Assembly: GCA_045863335.1 (NCBI GenBank)
Contig: BTVY01000003.1
Span: 96,001 to 160,000 of the forward strand
DNA from: Candidatus Hydrogenedentota bacterium
GTDB lineage: Bacteria > Hydrogenedentota > Hydrogenedentia > Hydrogenedentales > SLHB01
Direction: 5' to 3'
Length of the DNA stretch: 64,000 bases
The notes below the pieces were generated by a model. That model searched no databases. It was not told the DNA's origin and saw nothing but the letters and a program-made list of their open reading frames with translations. The first letter of the stretch is position 1. Each line of letters begins with the position of its first letter. The position numbers and the translations under genes are program-made. Shown here piece by piece: positions 59,141 to 64,000 of this stretch.

Positions 59141-61273
59141 GTGGAGCGCGCGATTAAAAATCCCCTGTGGAAACCTTCGAGCATCTTTTTGATTGCTTTG
59201 TCCTTGTCGATGGGGTGGGGGATGCGCGGGAACTTTGGACACGAGTCCGGCGCGTGGATCCCGGGGGCCTTGGCGGCCATGGCCATCGCCATCCTGTCGC
59301 AACGGGAGGACTGGCGGCAGCGCGTTCATTTCTTCGCTCTCTTTGGCGGGTTGGGCCTCGGGTTCGGTGGCTCCATTTCGTACATGTACGCCATCTCCTT
59401 CACCATGTCCGGACACCTGCCGTCCATCTGGTATGGCTACCTCCTCACCTTCTTCGAGGGCGCGCTCTGGTGCGGACTCGGCGGCGCGGGCATGGCCCTG
59501 GCCGCGACGGCCAAACGCGAGCGCTTGACCGGCCTCATCGTCCCCATGTGTTACGTCATCGTCGCGCTGGTGGTTCACAAACTCATTGAAGAACCCGTCG
59601 CGCGCCTCCTGAATCCGCCCGCGGCGGAGGCCATGGACGCGGTCTGGCACCGGCAGAAGAGTCCCCTTTACTGGTTCGACGCGGACTGGTTCTCGGCGCT
59701 GATGGCCTTCCTCGGCGTGTGCGTGTACGACCTCGTGAGCCGCGCGCGGGACAAGGCGTTCCCGCTGTCCGCCGCGATCCTGGTCATGTTCCTCGTGGGC
59801 GGCGCGGCGCTCGGCTTCCTCGTGCAGACGGGCGTCCGGGCTGTGGGCGTGGAAGACGCGATCACCAACGCGCTGAACGTGCCCCTTGGCGATCCCGCTG
59901 CCATCAATCCCGAAACGGGCATCGCGTATGGCGACGAGATCGATGAGCGCACGGAAGCGCCCTACGGGCTGACCAACTTCCTGACGAACTGGCCGCAACC
60001 CTTCAGCGACTACCCGCAACACGTGGGCTGGGTGCTCGGGCTTCTGATCGGTTGGACCCTCTATTTCCTCATTTTCGGCAAGTGGTATAACGACAGCGGG
60101 CTCTTCCTCTACATGTCCCTCGGTTGGCTAGTGAGTTTCATGCTCTTTCCCGTGCTCGGCACGGCCCTGCTGTACCATATCGGCATGGCCCTGCGCGAAG
60201 GCGGATCGGACGTGTACGTCCCGCTCTTCGGCGGGTTCCGGTTGATGCCGCCGCGCAGCGACGATTGGGCCGGCATCTTCGGCGTGTTCGTCGCCGCGAT
60301 CCTGTACTGCATGCGCAAGGGTTGGAAACCGGTTGCCCTCGGCGCGAGCCTGAGCGCCCTCATCGGCGGGATCATGTTCGCCACCATGCAACTTATCCGC
60401 AGCCTGCTCGTCGCGCCCGGCAACCAATTCCTGAACGACGGCACGACACCGCCGGAATGGGCCCACTACCAGAGCGCGAACTGGCACAGCTTCCTCGAAC
60501 AATCCCAGGGCTTCGGCCACGGCATGGCCTTCGCCGTCACCGCGGCCGTGTTGTGGTCCGTCGTGAAGACCCACAAGGACGAGCCGCGCGTGCGACCCTG
60601 GACCGAGATCTTCGCGGTCGCCTTCGTGCTGCTCTTCATGGTCTACGCGAACCTCTACAAAAACGTGGCGCAATGGACCGGCGGAGGCAAACCGCTCGTG
60701 CCCGAATCCATGAAGCCGCCGCTGATCGCGGAACTGTTCACGGGGCCGGAAAACCCCGTCACCTTCAGCGCGCTCACGTGGTTCAACCTCGTCTGGATCG
60801 CGGCGGGCGCGGCGCTCATCGGACTCATGATCGCCCACCTCCGCGGACGCCGCGTGGAGATCGTGCCGTCCAGTTGGGTGGGGAAGGGGCAGCTCCTCTA
60901 CGTGCTCGTCCTGTGGGGGATGGTGATCGGCAACTTCGAACGCGCCCTGCCCGGCTTCGCCGAAGGACGCCTCATCACCGAGTGGGTCATCTTCATCAAC
61001 GCGGCCCTCGCCACGTTCCTCCTGGGTTACCTGCCGCGTCCAACGGCGGAGACCCTCACCATCGAAGAGCCGGAACCTTTCCGCCCGCGCCTCGGCAAGG
61101 TCTGGGCCATCGGCCTGCCGGTTGCCATCGTCCTCATGACGCTCTACACCGGCATCATCCGCGGCGTCTACGGCGACGCCTCCGTCGGCCACCCCGACCT
61201 CTCCCACAAACGCTTCGGCCCTGAAGCCGTCTGGGCCGTGAAGCCGATCCTGAAAGAGGGCAAGCACCGGTAG
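59141..61273 (+). CDS. Large polytopic membrane protein of unknown function
   Basis: Many TM segments, strong GC3 bias, AAGGAG RBS before the GTG at 59141. Confidence 0.8.
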   Translation: MERAIKNPLWKPSSIFLIALSLSMGWGMRGNFGHESGAWIPGALAAMAIAILSQREDWRQRVHFFALFGGLGLGFGGSISYMYAISFTMSGHLPSIWYGYLLTFFEGALWCGLGGAGMALAATAKRERLTGLIVPMCYVIVALVVHKLIEEPVARLLNPPAAEAMDAVWHRQKSPLYWFDADWFSALMAFLGVCVYDLVSRARDKAFPLSAAILVMFLVGGAALGFLVQTGVRAVGVEDAITNALNVPLGDPAAINPETGIAYGDEIDERTEAPYGLTNFLTNWPQPFSDYPQHVGWVLGLLIGWTLYFLIFGKWYNDSGLFLYMSLGWLVSFMLFPVLGTALLYHIGMALREGGSDVYVPLFGGFRLMPPRSDDWAGIFGVFVAAILYCMRKGWKPVALGASLSALIGGIMFATMQLIRSLLVAPGNQFLNDGTTPPEWAHYQSANWHSFLEQSQGFGHGMAFAVTAAVLWSVVKTHKDEPRVRPWTEIFAVAFVLLFMVYANLYKNVAQWTGGGKPLVPESMKPPLIAELFTGPENPVTFSALTWFNLVWIAAGAALIGLMIAHLRGRRVEIVPSSWVGKGQLLYVLVLWGMVIGNFERALPGFAEGRLITEWVIFINAALATFLLGYLPRPTAETLTIEEPEPFRPRLGKVWAIGLPVAIVLMTLYTGIIRGVYGDASVGHPDLSHKRFGPEAVWAVKPILKEGKHR

Positions 61274-61692
61274 GGCATGAGTCGGTCGAGCTAGAACTTT
61301 GTCTCGCTCCGCAAACGCAGGGAACGTTCAGAAGTGGCGGACGACCCCGATGCACCCTGGTGATAGGGTGTCCTCTCACCGAGTTCACGATCTGCGCGAT
61401 TGCATCCTTATCAATGATCAGTAATTGCAATGCGTGTTCGACTTCATGAAAAGGGGGGTGAGGTGTTTCGTGGAAGTGCGGTGCGATAAATTCGATAATT
61501 TACGGGTATTCTAAGATATCTTAGAATTGACTTTTCGGGTGTCTTGACGTAATCTGAACTTGGTGTGGCTGGGCATATCTTGGGACCGTTTTCTGGGACA
61601 GCATCTTTGAACTGAACTCGGTGCAGAGCATCGCTGTGTCTCGCCATCGAGGGTTGGCGCTGCGCCCACCGCGCAGGGAAGGGAGTTTATGT

Positions 61693-64000
61693 ATGTTTGC
61701 TTTAATAGCACGACCCGTTTTTCGAAACCGGGTGGATGGCGTTGGGTACTTAATTTGGCGATCGCGCGTGAAGCGACAACTATTGGCAGTCGGGATGCTA
61801 ATGATTCTGGTCGCGCCACTGGCTGTCTCACAGGACGCCGATCTCGATCTTGATGTTTTCGCCATCGGCACGCCGCGCGCCGGCGGGGCGATGCACTACG
61901 AGTACAGTATCAAGAATTTGGGACCAGATCCCGCTGAGAACGTCACGCTCCGTGATTTCTTACCGGACGAGATTGAGTTCATCGATGCCTTTCTCGATCC
62001 GGATGGAGACGGACCGATCAATCCCCAGCCGCTGGGCATTACGATCGGGTCTGGCGCCATGTTTTGCAGCCTTGGCGATGTTCCCGTGACGGTTGACGTC
62101 CCAATATTTGTCTTCCTGAACTTCCGGATACTGCCGGACGTTCCCGATGGGACCGCATTCAGCAACAGCGCCGATCTCTTTCTGAGCGATACGAATGATC
62201 CCGACTTCTCCAACAACAGTGACAGTACAAATATCAATGTGCAGACGACTGCCGATGTGGCGATTGCTGCCACGGCTTTCCCCAATCCAGTGGTTGCCGG
62301 CGACATTTTGACCTACGACTTGGGAGTCTCCAACCTGGGACTAAGTGATGCGCAGGGCGTGGTCGTGTTCGCCGTGCTGCCGGACGAGGCCGAGGCGCTA
62401 CTTGGCAAGTCCATTCCCAATTGCACGCAACCCCCGAATCTGGTGGGACTACGGGCCTTACTGAACGGAGCGAATGAGGTTCCGCCTGCCGTCGCGCCCA
62501 CGGACCCGACTGGTGTGGCCACGTTTGTTCTGAATACGGATACGAACGAGTTGATCTACTCGATCGAGGTCTCGGACATTACGAGCGATATCACGCTATC
62601 GCATATCCATGCCGCCCCTGCGGGTGTGAACGGACCCGTCGAGGTCACCCTGTTCAGCGGCGGCCTGGATTTTGATTCCACCAAACCGCTCGTGGATTCC
62701 GTCACGATCGCGCCGGCTCAGACGGCCGACCTGATTGCGAATCCGCAGAATTATTATGTCAACGTGCACACGTCCGACTTTCCCGCGGGCGAGATCCGCG
62801 CACAGCTCGCACTGACCACGAATTCACCGGTCCGCTGCGAGATCGGCACGGTCGCGGCTGATGGCGAAGTTGCGTTCGAACTCCCGGCCCTCGTCGATCC
62901 GAATGCGACACCACTCGGCGAAATCCACAATGTCGCCATCGTGACGAGCGAGACAGACGACGATTCGGGCACGCACTTCAATGACATCGCCGCAACGGAC
63001 ACCTTGGTCGACACGTTGGCCGACCTGCAGGTGACTCAAGTCAGCGCGAAATCCACCACCGTTCAAGCGGGTGAAGTGTTCACGTACAGCATCTACGTGG
63101 ACAACTTCGGGCCCAGCTTCGCGTCGGGCGTCGCCGTTGGCGCTGTGCTTGAATCGACGGGCACCTTTGACCTCATCGATGTCACCTCCGATCGCGATAC
63201 CGATGTCTCCCTGACGCCGGGCGGCGGACCTTTTGCCGTCGCGGGTTCGGCGCTGCCTCCGGCGGCTCCGCCGGCGCCCTTCGGCGTGAACGCGCCGACG
63301 GGGATCGCCGACATCGACCGGCACCTGGAATTCACCTGCGATCTGACCGGCGGCGACGATCCGCTGTTGGCGGGATCGCTCGGGCTGCTGGATTCCGGCA
63401 CGCCGCCATCGACCGGGCGTTGGACGCTGATCGTCCGTGCCCGCGCGCGCAGTGCGCAGACGATCAATAGCGTGGTGACCGTGGTCTCGGATACGGCTGA
63501 AACCAATACGAGCAACAACCAGGCGGTGGACATGGTTTCCGTGCTGAACACCGCCGACCTGGAGATCACGAAGACTGCAACGGCCGGTCCGGTTATCCCC
63601 GGCGACACGATCACCTATGACATCACCGTGACCAATCTCGGGCCCTCGCCGGCGGCCGATGTCGTCATTCAGGACAATCTGCCCGCGGGCGTAGAGGTCG
63701 TGAGCGTGAGCGGCCTGACGCCGGGCGGCGGTGCGGCGGCCTGCGTGGGCGGAACGCCGGGGAATCCATTGGATCCCGCAACGTGCTTCCTCGGCACGGT
63801 TCTCGCGGGCGAGAGCGGCTCCATGTCCATCGAAGTGCGCGTGGGCGGAGACATCCCGCTGGATCCCTTGACCGGCGATCGCATTCTTCACAATGCCGCG
63901 CGCGTGTCGAGCGCGACCTTCGATCCGGTCAATGCAAACAACCTCGCGGGCACCTTCACGACCGTCGAATGCGCGATACTCGCCGCTCCGACCGGCTTGA
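61693..64000 (+). CDS. Secreted multi-DUF11 (Ig-like) protein with a CHRD domain (runs off the window end)
   Basis: Manual translation, open from ATG 61693: signal peptide, repeated ADL.I...Y.I.V.N.GP..A..V...D.LP units, CHRD motifs LNGANEVPP, SHIHAAPAGVNGPV, YYVNVHT..FPAGEIRAQL. Confidence 0.85.
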   Translation, partial: MFALIARPVFRNRVDGVGYLIWRSRVKRQLLAVGMLMILVAPLAVSQDADLDLDVFAIGTPRAGGAMHYEYSIKNLGPDPAENVTLRDFLPDEIEFIDAFLDPDGDGPINPQPLGITIGSGAMFCSLGDVPVTVDVPIFVFLNFRILPDVPDGTAFSNSADLFLSDTNDPDFSNNSDSTNINVQTTADVAIAATAFPNPVVAGDILTYDLGVSNLGLSDAQGVVVFAVLPDEAEALLGKSIPNCTQPPNLVGLRALLNGANEVPPAVAPTDPTGVATFVLNTDTNELIYSIEVSDITSDITLSHIHAAPAGVNGPVEVTLFSGGLDFDSTKPLVDSVTIAPAQTADLIANPQNYYVNVHTSDFPAGEIRAQLALTTNSPVRCEIGTVAADGEVAFELPALVDPNATPLGEIHNVAIVTSETDDDSGTHFNDIAATDTLVDTLADLQVTQVSAKSTTVQAGEVFTYSIYVDNFGPSFASGVAVGAVLESTGTFDLIDVTSDRDTDVSLTPGGGPFAVAGSALPPAAPPAPFGVNAPTGIADIDRHLEFTCDLTGGDDPLLAGSLGLLDSGTPPSTGRWTLIVRARARSAQTINSVVTVVSDTAETNTSNNQAVDMVSVLNTADLEITKTATAGPVIPGDTITYDITVTNLGPSPAADVVIQDNLPAGVEVVSVSGLTPGGGAAACVGGTPGNPLDPATCFLGTVLAGESGSMSIEVRVGGDIPLDPLTGDRILHNAARVSSATFDPVNANNLAGTFTTVECAILAAPTGL

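Noticed and set aside
58994-60022. N-terminal extension of the 1054-aa ORF 56858..60022
   Set aside because: It is an antisense shadow of the plus-strand membrane gene; a good RBS and ATG lie at 58993
61274-61692. Riboswitch or sRNA in the AT-rich spacer before the DUF11 gene
   Set aside because: No recognisable c-di-GMP or other aptamer motif by eye; an Rfam scan would be needed
16323-63891. Long antisense or alternative-frame ORFs (for example 16323..17591, 21295..22602, 35673..36923, 43885..44985, 46070..47512, 60128..61267, 62824..63891)
   Set aside because: They overlap well-supported genes, lack motifs and are expected shadows in high-GC DNA

Overview
High-GC bacterial chromosomal window. 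The gene style is consistent with Candidatus Hydrogenedentota or a PVC-like lineage, but this is an inference only. 1-20.1 kb is one long minus-strand run: cytochrome c'-like protein, esterases, GHL10-like protein, hpf-hprK-rapZ-ptsH-ptsI-dxr-rseP-lysC-pyk, a SAM methyltransferase coupled to a complete bacillithiol operon (bshC-bshB1-bshA), and exbB-exbD. Next come a secreted lactoperoxidase-like haem peroxidase, small genes, and a REP-bracketed padR module whose two membrane proteins share a near-identical 313-bp 5' block but have unrelated C-termini. These are followed by queG, a SIS protein, a Tat FAD oxidoreductase, a GH2-HD-YiiX-CHAD-EEP run, an O-antigen-ligase-like protein, a GAF kinase, an animal-type glutaminyl cyclase and a two-permease RND system. 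The last 42 bp around the RND stop are duplicated around a 2.2-kb insert carrying a hairpin-flanked RAYT transposase. The window ends in a truncated DUF11/CHRD surface protein that the ORF track missed. No tRNA, rRNA or CRISPR array was recognised. The best leads are the C-terminal-swap padR cassette, the RAYT-associated insert, the candidate N-methyl-bacillithiol operon, and a possible Q-rule (pyroglutamate capping of secreted proteins).
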